From an uncultured Verrucomicrobiales bacterium (GTDB taxonomy: Bacteria; Verrucomicrobiota; Verrucomicrobiia; Verrucomicrobiales; DEV007), in contig CALKOM010000051.1 of NCBI GenBank assembly GCA_938091905.1, positions 1-13,259 on the forward strand: 13,259 nucleotides of DNA. Direction: 5' to 3'. Below are positions 1 to 8,530 of the stretch, in pieces. Under the pieces are notes generated by a model that was given only the letters and a program-made list of their open reading frames with translations, ran no database searches and was not told where the DNA came from. A program made the position numbers and the translations under genes. Position 1 is the stretch's first letter, and each line of letters starts with the position of its first letter.

Positions 1-2
1 CT

Positions 3-1778
3 GAGGCCGACGGTGCTGGCGATCTTATAGGTGCTCAGGAAGTGACGGATCTTGCGTTGGAGTCAGCGACCATTAGTTCTGAAGAAGGCGCAGCATTTGA
101 AGTGACCAACCCCGATACGGATGCGGATGGTGATGGATTGACCAACCGCTACGAGACTGACAATGGGCTCGATCCGAACGACGCGACTGGTGACAACGGA
201 GCCGATGGCGATCTCGACAAAGATGGATTGTCGAACGTCCAGGAGTTTGAGCGCGAGACCAAGCCAAATGTGGCGGACACAGACGAGGATGGCTTGCAGG
301 ACGGTGCGGAGACCAATACTGGAAGCTGGGTAGGTGCGAGTGATACCGGAACGGATCCATTAGATGCAGACAGTGATGGCGACGGGTTGCTGGATGGTGT
401 TGAGACCAATACGGAAGTGTTTGTAGATGCTGCCGATGTGGGAACAAGCCCGCTTGTTGGAGATTCGGATGGCGACGGGTTCTCGGATAGCCGTGAAATC
501 GAGTTCGCTACAGATCCTAACGATGTCGCTAGTAAACCGGCCCTCAGTGTGGCTATTTCCGGAGTGAAGTCTGTTCGAATCACCAATACACAAGTGAATT
601 GGTTCTATTTGGAAGAGCTGGATCTTCGAAACGTGTTAGATGAAGACGTAGCCTCGGTAGACTTTGGAACGGTCGCGGTGGCTAGCGAGGTTGCGGGCTT
701 TGGAGGCAGCGCTGAGGGCGCAATCGATGATGTCTTTGGAAATTGCTGCAGTACCGGATATCATTCATCAACGGAGGCAGGCGAACAGATACTAACGTTT
801 ACCTTTCCGGCTGCTCAAGATCTGACTGGAGATATACGTATTTGGAATCGTCAGGATGGATGTTGTCCAGACCGGCTTGATTCGATGTTGTTTGAGTTCT
901 ATTCCGGAGACGAAGGCACAGGCGAGTTGATTGCTGAGCAATTTGTGGAAGGCGTCGCGACCGCGCAGGTTGAAGAACTTAATAGTGCCACTGGAGCTGC
1001 CGTGCCGTTGGTCGAGGTGGCTCCAAGCGGTCCGATTACGATCACTCAGGTCGTGTTCGAGCAACCAGATTCGTTGACGGTGGGTTGGCAGTCCAACCCG
1101 GGGGAGTTCTTTGCGGTAGATCGATCTCTAAATCTGACGGTCTGGGAAGAAGTCACGGCGTCAATGGCTGCCGCAGCAGAAGGCGAGGAAACGTTACTTA
1201 TGCTAGACGGCGTCTCTCAAACTCCCGCCACCTTCTATCGAGTGCGTCGCGGCGAGCGTCCGGCCTTTCTTGAGGAAAGTTTTGAAGGCGGCGCCATGGG
1301 ATGGAGTGCCGGTGTTTCGGATAATCCCTTCCCAAATGGCGGTACCACGGTGTTTGAATTGGGTGCTCCGACCACAGGTCCAGCAGCGGCGCACAGCGGT
1401 AGCCACGTGTATGGCACAGGGTTGACATCATCCTATGACGAGGATTTGAACATTGTCCTCACGTCGCCCGTAGTTGATCTTGTGGGACAACGGCGAGCAA
1501 CCCTGACATTCTGGTATTTCTTGGATAGTGGAGACGGCGAAGGCGCGCGTCTGCAGATCATTGACGCAGACGATCCAGGGATGGTTCTCGCGCAGACAGA
1601 CGTCTTTGAAACGGCTGAGGATTGGACGCTAGCAGAATTCGATCTTGCCAAGTTTGGGCCCTCTGAACTCTCGCTGGTTGAGAAACGCATCCGATTGCAG
1701 TTTCAGTTCCTTACAGACAGCTCACCCGACAACAACGGCACCGGTTTCTATCTCGATGACGTGCTCGTTGATCGATAG
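3..1778 (+). CDS. 5'-truncated large secreted/surface protein: DxDxDG (TSP3-like) Ca-binding repeats, F-type-lectin/discoidin-like domain, Verrucomicrobia-type beta module, C-terminal MAM/cleaved-adhesin-like beta-sandwich
   Basis: The frame is open from nt 3 (EADGAGDLIGAQEV...), so GTG at 42 is not the true start. There are five DxDxDG...E...(D/P)P repeats. AIDD...CC...H...NRQDGCCPDRL is a lectin-like motif. WQSNPGEFFAVDRSLNLTVW...FYRV module follows. The last domain runs ESFEGG..GW...LTSPVVDL...LTFWY...GFYLDDV. Composition is very acidic. Confidence 0.8.
   Translation, partial: EADGAGDLIGAQEVTDLALESATISSEEGAAFEVTNPDTDADGDGLTNRYETDNGLDPNDATGDNGADGDLDKDGLSNVQEFERETKPNVADTDEDGLQDGAETNTGSWVGASDTGTDPLDADSDGDGLLDGVETNTEVFVDAADVGTSPLVGDSDGDGFSDSREIEFATDPNDVASKPALSVAISGVKSVRITNTQVNWFYLEELDLRNVLDEDVASVDFGTVAVASEVAGFGGSAEGAIDDVFGNCCSTGYHSSTEAGEQILTFTFPAAQDLTGDIRIWNRQDGCCPDRLDSMLFEFYSGDEGTGELIAEQFVEGVATAQVEELNSATGAAVPLVEVAPSGPITITQVVFEQPDSLTVGWQSNPGEFFAVDRSLNLTVWEEVTASMAAAAEGEETLLMLDGVSQTPATFYRVRRGERPAFLEESFEGGAMGWSAGVSDNPFPNGGTTVFELGAPTTGPAAAHSGSHVYGTGLTSSYDEDLNIVLTSPVVDLVGQRRATLTFWYFLDSGDGEGARLQIIDADDPGMVLAQTDVFETAEDWTLAEFDLAKFGPSELSLVEKRIRLQFQFLTDSSPDNNGTGFYLDDVLVDR
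114..539 (+). repeat. Protein-level tandem DxDxDG calcium-binding (bacterial TSP3-like) repeats, 5 units
   Basis: DADGDGLTNRYE, DLDKDGLSNVQE, DTDEDGLQDGAE, DSDGDGLLDGVE and DSDGDGFSDSRE, each followed by a DPN/KPN/DPL/SPL-type motif. Units 3 and 4 share GAGACCAATAC at the DNA level. Confidence 0.85.
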
Positions 1779-1845
1779 GTCGCGTTGCTGGCGATTCGCT
1801 TGATCTCTAGTTGAGCCAACCCGTTAGCGAGCTAGTTTGACGCCG

Positions 1846-3090
1846 ATGAAAGTTGCTTTAGCCCTCGTTGCTTTAGCCCTCGCGTTCGCCCTGGGGCGGT
1901 TCACGAGCGGTTCTTCTAAGCTTGGGGCGGGGCCAGACGTCGTCATTGCTCCGGAATCTGGTCTCTTGGGGGTGCGATCGCCGTCTTCTGAGGCTGAAGC
2001 CGATCACTCCGGCAACGACGAAATGTTGACGGCCGAAGAGGTGGAATCGGTTCCGGCTAATGACAACCTTTCTGTGGCTGACCTGGTGGCCGAGAAAGAT
2101 CCGATCAGGCGGACAGAGATTCTTGCGGCGTTACTCGGTTCATTGACTTCAGAAAATGCGCGCGAGACTGTTGAAACGTTGTTAGGTGATGAGAGGAAGA
2201 AACGCTCAAGCTCCGAGATGCATGAGTTGAAACTCGTTCTCCGTGCATGGGGACGTCTCGATGGTAAGGTTGCCATGGAAGAAGCGGAGACACTGTTAGC
2301 AGATGATCCGGTAAAAGAGGATGGGAAGCGAAGTAAGATTGGAAAGAAGGATAAGTGGAGCGCTGGATTGTTAGGGGCGACTTTGGAGGGATGGGCGAGC
2401 AAGGATCTACGAGCGGCTTCGACCTATATTGATGCCCTTGAGAACAAGGGCGACCAAATTTCCTATCGCGGTCACCTGATCGAATCACTGCTGGCGAAGG
2501 GACCCGATCAGGCGATGGCCTACATTCAGAGCCTTCCCGAAGATGACCGATCTCGCGCACGTTTTGTGTCGATGGTGACGAGCGATGTGCTCGATAGAGG
2601 AATCGGTGAAGCCATTACATGGATGGGCTCGCTGCCCGAAGACCTGCGTGGAGGCGCGATCAATGAAATTGCGGCAGCCTATGCACGGGAAGATTTAGAT
2701 GGCGCCATCGCTTGGGCTTCTGAGAATACAGAGGATCCAAAGGCTAACAAAGCACTTGCCAAGGTGACTGGGCGTTGGGCAGACATGGATCCTCGGGCGG
2801 CGAGCGAGTATTTGGCAGAGTTGCCTGCTTCGGTGGGCAAGGACGCCGCTGTCGAAGGGTTCGCGACTCGCTTAGCCTCTGAGGATCCGGCATCAGCGGC
2901 AGTTTGGGCGACCACCATTCAAGACGAGCGCCTTCGGCAGCGCACGGTTTCCCGTATCGCGCAGTCGTGGGCGCGCAGTGATGAAGCAGCGGCAAGAGCG
3001 TGGATTCGCGAACAGGGGTTGTCGGAGAGATCGCTGACAAATGGAAAGAGAAAGCAAGGGAAGCCAAGGAAGGCTGAGAAGCGTCGTTGA
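1846..3090 (+). CDS. Membrane-anchored/exported hypothetical protein with alpha-helical (HEAT/ARM-like) 'D(P/L)xxAxx(W/Y)' repeats
   Basis: MKVALALVALALAFALGR is a hydrophobic N-terminus; ATG 1846 is preferred over TTG 1837. A low-complexity linker follows, then repeats such as WASKDLRAASTY, GPDQAMAYIQSLP, YAREDLDGAIAW, WADMDPRAASEYLAELP, LASEDPASAAVW and WARSDEAAARAW. The tail is basic. This repeat type is common in Verrucomicrobia hypothetical proteins. Confidence 0.7.
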   Translation: MKVALALVALALAFALGRFTSGSSKLGAGPDVVIAPESGLLGVRSPSSEAEADHSGNDEMLTAEEVESVPANDNLSVADLVAEKDPIRRTEILAALLGSLTSENARETVETLLGDERKKRSSSEMHELKLVLRAWGRLDGKVAMEEAETLLADDPVKEDGKRSKIGKKDKWSAGLLGATLEGWASKDLRAASTYIDALENKGDQISYRGHLIESLLAKGPDQAMAYIQSLPEDDRSRARFVSMVTSDVLDRGIGEAITWMGSLPEDLRGGAINEIAAAYAREDLDGAIAWASENTEDPKANKALAKVTGRWADMDPRAASEYLAELPASVGKDAAVEGFATRLASEDPASAAVWATTIQDERLRQRTVSRIAQSWARSDEAAARAWIREQGLSERSLTNGKRKQGKPRKAEKRR

Positions 3091-3128
3091 CGTGTCGGCC
3101 GGCGGTTTTATAAGATCTTGGCCGTTGT

Positions 3129-6100
3129 ATGAGGCCTTTTGTAACATTCAGTTTGGTCCTGCTCTGCGGGTTGGCGTTTACGTTTGGCGCTGGTGATGCC
3201 TTTCCGGAATTGGCGGACCGATATGAATCCGAGGTAGGGCCGCTTGTTGAGCAGCATTGTGTGAGTTGCCATGACACTGCGACTCAGAAGGGTGATCTTG
3301 ACCTGGAGCACTTCACAGATCTCGCAGCCATTCGCACCACCCCAGACATCTGGCAGCGCGTGTCTGAACAGGTCACCTCGGGCGAGATGCCGCCCAAGGA
3401 CGAGGACTCGATGTTGCCTGAGCAGAAGGCGGTTCTGTTAGATTGGGTGAACGATTATCTCGGGGCGGAAGCGTTGGCGAACGCGGGAGATCCCGGCCCC
3501 GTTGTGTTGCGTCGTTTGAGCAATGCTGAGTACACCTACACTCTTCGAGATCTGACAGGCTTGCCTCGTTTAGATCCCGCCAACGAATTTCCTGTCGACA
3601 GTGCCGCGGGTGAGGGGTTTACGAATACAGGAGATGCGCTCACGATGTCGCCAAGTTTGCTCGAGAAGTACTTGGCCGCGGGTAAAGAGGTTGCGGCTCA
3701 CGCCGTGTTGTTACCTGATGGCTTTCGCTTTTCTAGCAAGGTCTCAAGGCTCGATTGGTCGAATGAGTTGGTGAAAGAGATTCGCGGGTTTTATCGACGA
3801 GTCATGGGAGCTGAAGCGGTCGATTTCAGCTACCGCAGTCAGGTTGGCAACGTCGTGCCGGCAGATGTTCGCGAGGGGCGTCTTGATCTCCTGCCTTACT
3901 TCGCTGTGTTGCTCGCTCATCGGGAAGAACTCAGTCAAGATCCCGCTGGTGTCGAGCGAGTTGCCGAATCCGCTAATCTGAATCCTCACTATGCTGGAAA
4001 TCTCTTGCGGATGCTTCTCGCTGAGCCAGAGGAGGGTCCATCTCTTCTCAATGAACTGCGTTCATTGTGGAGCTCCATTGAGCAAGACCGTCCAGAGGAA
4101 CTCGTCGCCTGGGTGCGTGGCTGGCAGGATCGGCTGTGGACGTTCAATCCGGTGGGACATCTTGGCGGCTACGTGCATCCGTGGCAAGCTGCCATCAATC
4201 CTGTGACCGCACGAAGTGATCTCACTCATCGGTTTAAGAGTGCCGGAGAGAGTACCGTGTCTCTTCAGTTGACGTCGAGGGCGCTGGGGACGGCTACCGA
4301 TGATGATGAGATCGTTTGGGAGGCGCCACGCATCGTTCGTACCGGTCGTTCGCCAATACTCTTGCGTGACCTTGAGCAGGTCTCCAGTGGCTTTGCGGTG
4401 TTTCGTGAGCGGACGCTTGCTAGTCTTGGCGCGTTGCTTCAGGCCGCCTTTGTAGCGAGGCATTCAGACGGTGCTGTGGATACCAAGTTTCTGGCTGACA
4501 AGTACGAAGTGGATTCTAAGGCTCTGCATCTTGTTCTTCAGGCGCTTGGTTTGGTGGGGGGACGCGCGGTGATCACCGGTCACCTGACGGAACCACACCA
4601 GAATGTGGGACAGAAGGCTGCTATCTCTGCTTGGAGGTTGCCTGATGTGAAAGACCTCTCCGTTGTCTCCAATGCTTCGGATCAATCACTGAACATTCCC
4701 GGTGAAGCGCCTCCTCATTCAATCTTGGTGCACCCGCACCCGGAACACTGGGTGGCCGCCGGCTGGCAAAGTCCAATCGGTGGGACACTCGAAATTGCTG
4801 CGCACGTGCAAGGGCGTCATGGTTGTGGCAATGGCACGAAATGGGTCATTCAACACCAGAGAGGAGATCAACTGCGGGTGTTGCGAGAGGGCGTTATTAG
4901 TGCTCTTCAAAAAGCTAACATTAAACCAATCACGGAAGCGAGGATCGAGATAGGTGATGTCGTGTCCCTGCTCATTGATGCACGCGATGGGCATCACGCC
5001 TGCGATCTTACTGAAATAGACCTAGTCCTGACCGAAAGCTTCGGCGATGTGCCTCGACGATGGTCTCTCCGTGAGGATTGCGCGGATAGCCTCTTGGCGG
5101 GCAATCCTCATCACGATAGCCAAGGAAACTTGGCCACTTGGCACTTTTACAGTGGCCAGGATCAAGACCTCCCAGTCGCATGGCAGAAGGTACCTGATGG
5201 TTCCTTGCTAGATCGATGGATGAAGACAAGCAATTCGGGCGAGGCCAGTGCTCTTGGGATGAGAGTGCAAGGCCTGGTGACAGGTGATGCACCCCGTGAC
5301 AGTCTGTCGGGTCCGGATCTTGCGATGATTGATCAGCTAGAGGCGGTGGATGGACTTCTCTTTAATCGATTGGATTTTAATGAATGGTCGTTGCCGACGG
5401 GCACCGTGACAGAAGCCTTTGGACAAACCTTCACGGAGGAAGGCCACCTGGTGACCGCTGCCGATGAGCGCATTGAAATGGAGTTGCCTTCGGTATTGCT
5501 GGATGAGGCTGACTTCTTCACCACGGGTGTCTTGGCCGAGTCCAGCACTGGCCGCGTGGGTGTTCAACTCGCGGTGACTGATGACGTGAAAGATGCGCCG
5601 ATGATGGTGATGCCGGGCTCATCAGCTGAGGCAAATCTGAAACTAGCGTATGCCGCCTTTCGCGAGGTCTTTCCGGCTGCTATGTGCTATGCACGTGTGG
5701 TTCCGATCGATGAAGTGGTTACCTTGGTTCTTTACCATCGCGAAGATGAGCCTCTTAAGCGTCTAATGCTGGACGATGCTGGGCGTGAGACCATCGATCG
5801 GTTATGGGACGAATTACTCTTTGTTAGCAGAGATGCCTATCGATTGGAAACCGCGTTGGAGCAGCTGCTCGAGTTTGCAACTCAAGATAGCGACCCCGCG
5901 ATCTTCAAGCCCATGATCGAGCCCGTTGCCAGTGGTGCTATGGCGCTGAGTAGGCGTGTACTCGAAACCGAGGGCGCCCAACTGAATTCACTGCTGAACT
6001 TTGCGGCGAAAGCTTATCGGCGACCTCTGAGTATGGAGGAAGGGCACGGATTGCGGGGGCTCTATCACAAGCTTCGCAGTGATGGACTCGACCATGAACA

Positions 6101-7214
6101 AGCTTTCCAGTTGATGCTGGCAAGGCTCTTGGCAGCTCCTGCCTTTCTTTACAGATCAGAGGCGGCTCCGGAGGGTGTCACACAGGGCCCGGTGACGGCG
6201 TGGGAACAGGCCACACGGCTCAGTTACTTTCTTTGGTCTTCAATGCCGGATCCCGCATTGACTGAGGCCGCTTCCCTAGGCCGGCTCGCGGATCCCGAAG
6301 AGTTGGCTGCGCAAACGAGGCGAATGCTAGGAAGTTTTAAAATTCGACGGCTGGCAAAGCATTTCGCGTGCCAATGGCTTCAGGTGCGAGAGTTCGATAC
6401 GTTCAATGAAAAGAACGAGCAACTCCATCCTGACTTTGAACACCTTCGTGGCGCCATGTATGAGGAAACCCTGAGGTTCTTTACCGATCTCTTTCAGGAG
6501 AATCGCTCCGTGCTCTCGATCTTGAATGCTGACCATACGTTTGCGAACTCAACACTAGCGGAGTTTTATGAGTTTCCTCTAGTAGAGGTAGGCTCTTGGC
6601 AGCGTGTGAAGGAAGTTCGTGCTCATGGGCGAGGAGGGATACTTGGGATGGCCGCGACTCTGGCGAAGCATTCAGGTGCCTCGCGGACGAGCCCCATTCT
6701 TCGGGGAAATTGGGTCTACGAGACCCTGCTGGGTCAGCATTTGCCCAAGCCTCCGAAAGGTGTGCCTACGCTGCCAGATGTAATTGAGGGAGACTTTACG
6801 GCGAGGCAGTTGATCGAGCAGCATACTTCAGATCCTGGGTGTGCGAAGTGCCACGCTAAAGTCGATCCGTTAGGCTTTGCGCTCGAGCAGTATGATACGG
6901 TGGGACGTCTTCGAGCGGAGCGGGCGGACACCAAGACGACACTGAAGGACGGCAAATCTCTCGAAGGCTTGGCCGGATTGCGTGACTATCTTGTCGAGGA
7001 CCAAAGAGACGTCTTTGTGAAACAGTTCTGTCGCAAGCTGCTCGGCTATGCGTTGGGGAGAGCTGTACGTTTACCTGATAGTGTTCTGTTGGATCAAATG
7101 ATGGACTCCCTCAAGGCGAACGACTATCGTGTGCATGTGGCTATCGAACGGATTGTCAGAAGTACACAGTTTCGCGAGATCCGCGGAGAACCATTAGCCC
7201 AAGTGAAACCATGA
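3129..7214 (+). CDS. DUF1592-family planctomycete-type cytochrome c protein (PSCyt1, DUF1587, large insertion, DUF1595, DUF1592, DUF1588, DUF1585)
   Basis: Signal-peptide-like N-terminus. CVSCH at 3258-3272 is followed by KGDLDL...GEMPP (planctomycete cytochrome c). LRRLSNAEYTYTLRDL (DUF1587), FAAKAYRRP (DUF1595), ATRLSYFLWSSMPD (DUF1592), RTSPILRGNWV...CAKCH..VDPLGFALE (DUF1588; second CxxCH at 6840-6854), KLLGYALGR...IVRSTQF (DUF1585). Confidence 0.9.
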   Translation: MRPFVTFSLVLLCGLAFTFGAGDAFPELADRYESEVGPLVEQHCVSCHDTATQKGDLDLEHFTDLAAIRTTPDIWQRVSEQVTSGEMPPKDEDSMLPEQKAVLLDWVNDYLGAEALANAGDPGPVVLRRLSNAEYTYTLRDLTGLPRLDPANEFPVDSAAGEGFTNTGDALTMSPSLLEKYLAAGKEVAAHAVLLPDGFRFSSKVSRLDWSNELVKEIRGFYRRVMGAEAVDFSYRSQVGNVVPADVREGRLDLLPYFAVLLAHREELSQDPAGVERVAESANLNPHYAGNLLRMLLAEPEEGPSLLNELRSLWSSIEQDRPEELVAWVRGWQDRLWTFNPVGHLGGYVHPWQAAINPVTARSDLTHRFKSAGESTVSLQLTSRALGTATDDDEIVWEAPRIVRTGRSPILLRDLEQVSSGFAVFRERTLASLGALLQAAFVARHSDGAVDTKFLADKYEVDSKALHLVLQALGLVGGRAVITGHLTEPHQNVGQKAAISAWRLPDVKDLSVVSNASDQSLNIPGEAPPHSILVHPHPEHWVAAGWQSPIGGTLEIAAHVQGRHGCGNGTKWVIQHQRGDQLRVLREGVISALQKANIKPITEARIEIGDVVSLLIDARDGHHACDLTEIDLVLTESFGDVPRRWSLREDCADSLLAGNPHHDSQGNLATWHFYSGQDQDLPVAWQKVPDGSLLDRWMKTSNSGEASALGMRVQGLVTGDAPRDSLSGPDLAMIDQLEAVDGLLFNRLDFNEWSLPTGTVTEAFGQTFTEEGHLVTAADERIEMELPSVLLDEADFFTTGVLAESSTGRVGVQLAVTDDVKDAPMMVMPGSSAEANLKLAYAAFREVFPAAMCYARVVPIDEVVTLVLYHREDEPLKRLMLDDAGRETIDRLWDELLFVSRDAYRLETALEQLLEFATQDSDPAIFKPMIEPVASGAMALSRRVLETEGAQLNSLLNFAAKAYRRPLSMEEGHGLRGLYHKLRSDGLDHEQAFQLMLARLLAAPAFLYRSEAAPEGVTQGPVTAWEQATRLSYFLWSSMPDPALTEAASLGRLADPEELAAQTRRMLGSFKIRRLAKHFACQWLQVREFDTFNEKNEQLHPDFEHLRGAMYEETLRFFTDLFQENRSVLSILNADHTFANSTLAEFYEFPLVEVGSWQRVKEVRAHGRGGILGMAATLAKHSGASRTSPILRGNWVYETLLGQHLPKPPKGVPTLPDVIEGDFTARQLIEQHTSDPGCAKCHAKVDPLGFALEQYDTVGRLRAERADTKTTLKDGKSLEGLAGLRDYLVEDQRDVFVKQFCRKLLGYALGRAVRLPDSVLLDQMMDSLKANDYRVHVAIERIVRSTQFREIRGEPLAQVKP

Positions 7215-8521
7215 ACCGCTCCTACGATAGATTGAACCGCCGCTCGATGATTCGCGGCCTGGGAGTATCCATGGCATTGCCTTGGTTCGAATCCATGCCT
7301 GTCTTTGCCGATGTAGGGAAGCCGAAGACTGAGGGGGGTGATGCCCCGAAGCGTCTGGGCGTGCTCTTCGCAGGCAATGGCTTTCATAGCAAGGAGTGGT
7401 GGGCCAAAGGTCAAGGGAAAGAGATGACCTTAGGAAAGGTGTTAGCCCCCCTGGAAAGTCACAAAGAGAAGTTGTTGTTCATCCGTGGCCTTTACAATGA
7501 GGAAGCGCTGAAGGGGAACATTCATAGCTCGATGACTGGTAATCTGCTCTCGGGCGCGCCCTTGGCTCCGGGAGGAGAGATCAGGTCTGGTACCAGTGTA
7601 GATCAAGTGGTCGCTCAGCGGTATGGCCGTGATTGTCGACTGCCTAGCCTGGTCTTGGGCTGCGAGAAGGCGAATCCCTCGGTGCACAAGAATTACTCCA
7701 TGCTTTACAGTTCGCATATTTCTTGGTCATCGCCGACAGCGCCCACGCCGTTGGAGGTTTATCCGGCTCTGGCCTTTGATCGCTTGTTCAAGAATGATGT
7801 ACAGTTAGGTGATAGGAGTGTGTTAGATGCCGTATTGGAAGATGCGCATGATGTGCGACGTCGAGTGAGTCGAACGGACCAGCAGAAGCTGGACGAGTAC
7901 CTTCAATCTGTTCGCGAAGTGGAGCAGCGCCTGGACCGTGCGGGAAAGAGAGGCGAGTTTCAGGGGTGGCGACCGACGCTGACGGAGCTTAATATGGATC
8001 GTCCAGCAGACGGCTATCCGCAGGATGTCTCTGAGCACATGCGTTTGATGTCCGACATCATGGTGTTGGCTTTTCAAACGGATACCACGCGGGTGTGTTC
8101 TTTAAAGTTGAACAACGATCACTCATCCCTTCGCTTCCCGCACCTGGGGGTGGATTACATGATTCACCACCTTCTTTCTCACGCTGATACGCAGGACTGG
8201 CTTAAGGTGAACCAATACTTTGTCGAGCAGCTCGCTTACATCGCTACAAAGCTAGACGCTATTCAAGAAGGGGAACGCACTGCATTGGACAATACGATGC
8301 TTCTCTTCTGCTCTAGCATGCTGACAGGAAGTCATGATGCAACACAGCTTCCAGTAGTCCTCGTGGGACGTGGAGGCGGAACCATTGAAACGGGGCGGGT
8401 ACTCGATTATCGGGAGAAAGAGAACCGGAAACTATGTAGCCTGTTCCTTTCCCTTCTCGATAAATTCGAGATTCGTTTACCGAGCTTTGGTGATTCCAAT
8501 GAACGTTTGGCAGAAGTGTAG
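7211..8521 (+). CDS. DUF1552 (HXXSHH-family) protein with Tat-like leader
   Basis: LNRRSMIRGLGVSMALPWFESM leader. Motifs SVDQVVAQ, LPSLVLG, ISWSSPTAP, P..AFDRLF, KLDEYLQSVREVEQR, AFQTDTTRV, HHLLSH, LDNT. ATGA overlap with the DUF1592 gene, its usual partner. Confidence 0.9.
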   Translation: MNRSYDRLNRRSMIRGLGVSMALPWFESMPVFADVGKPKTEGGDAPKRLGVLFAGNGFHSKEWWAKGQGKEMTLGKVLAPLESHKEKLLFIRGLYNEEALKGNIHSSMTGNLLSGAPLAPGGEIRSGTSVDQVVAQRYGRDCRLPSLVLGCEKANPSVHKNYSMLYSSHISWSSPTAPTPLEVYPALAFDRLFKNDVQLGDRSVLDAVLEDAHDVRRRVSRTDQQKLDEYLQSVREVEQRLDRAGKRGEFQGWRPTLTELNMDRPADGYPQDVSEHMRLMSDIMVLAFQTDTTRVCSLKLNNDHSSLRFPHLGVDYMIHHLLSHADTQDWLKVNQYFVEQLAYIATKLDAIQEGERTALDNTMLLFCSSMLTGSHDATQLPVVLVGRGGGTIETGRVLDYREKENRKLCSLFLSLLDKFEIRLPSFGDSNERLAEV

Positions 8522-8530
8522 GAAATCTAA

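Noticed and set aside
42..44. GTG at 42 as the start of the first gene
   Set aside because: The frame is open to the window edge, the upstream codons resemble an internal repeat, and no signal peptide follows.
114..539. Recurrent DNA words (GATGGCGAC, GAGACCAATAC) resembling a repeat array or CRISPR
   Set aside because: They are degenerate, in-frame and explained by DxDxDG protein repeats. There are no identical repeats with unique spacers and no cas genes.
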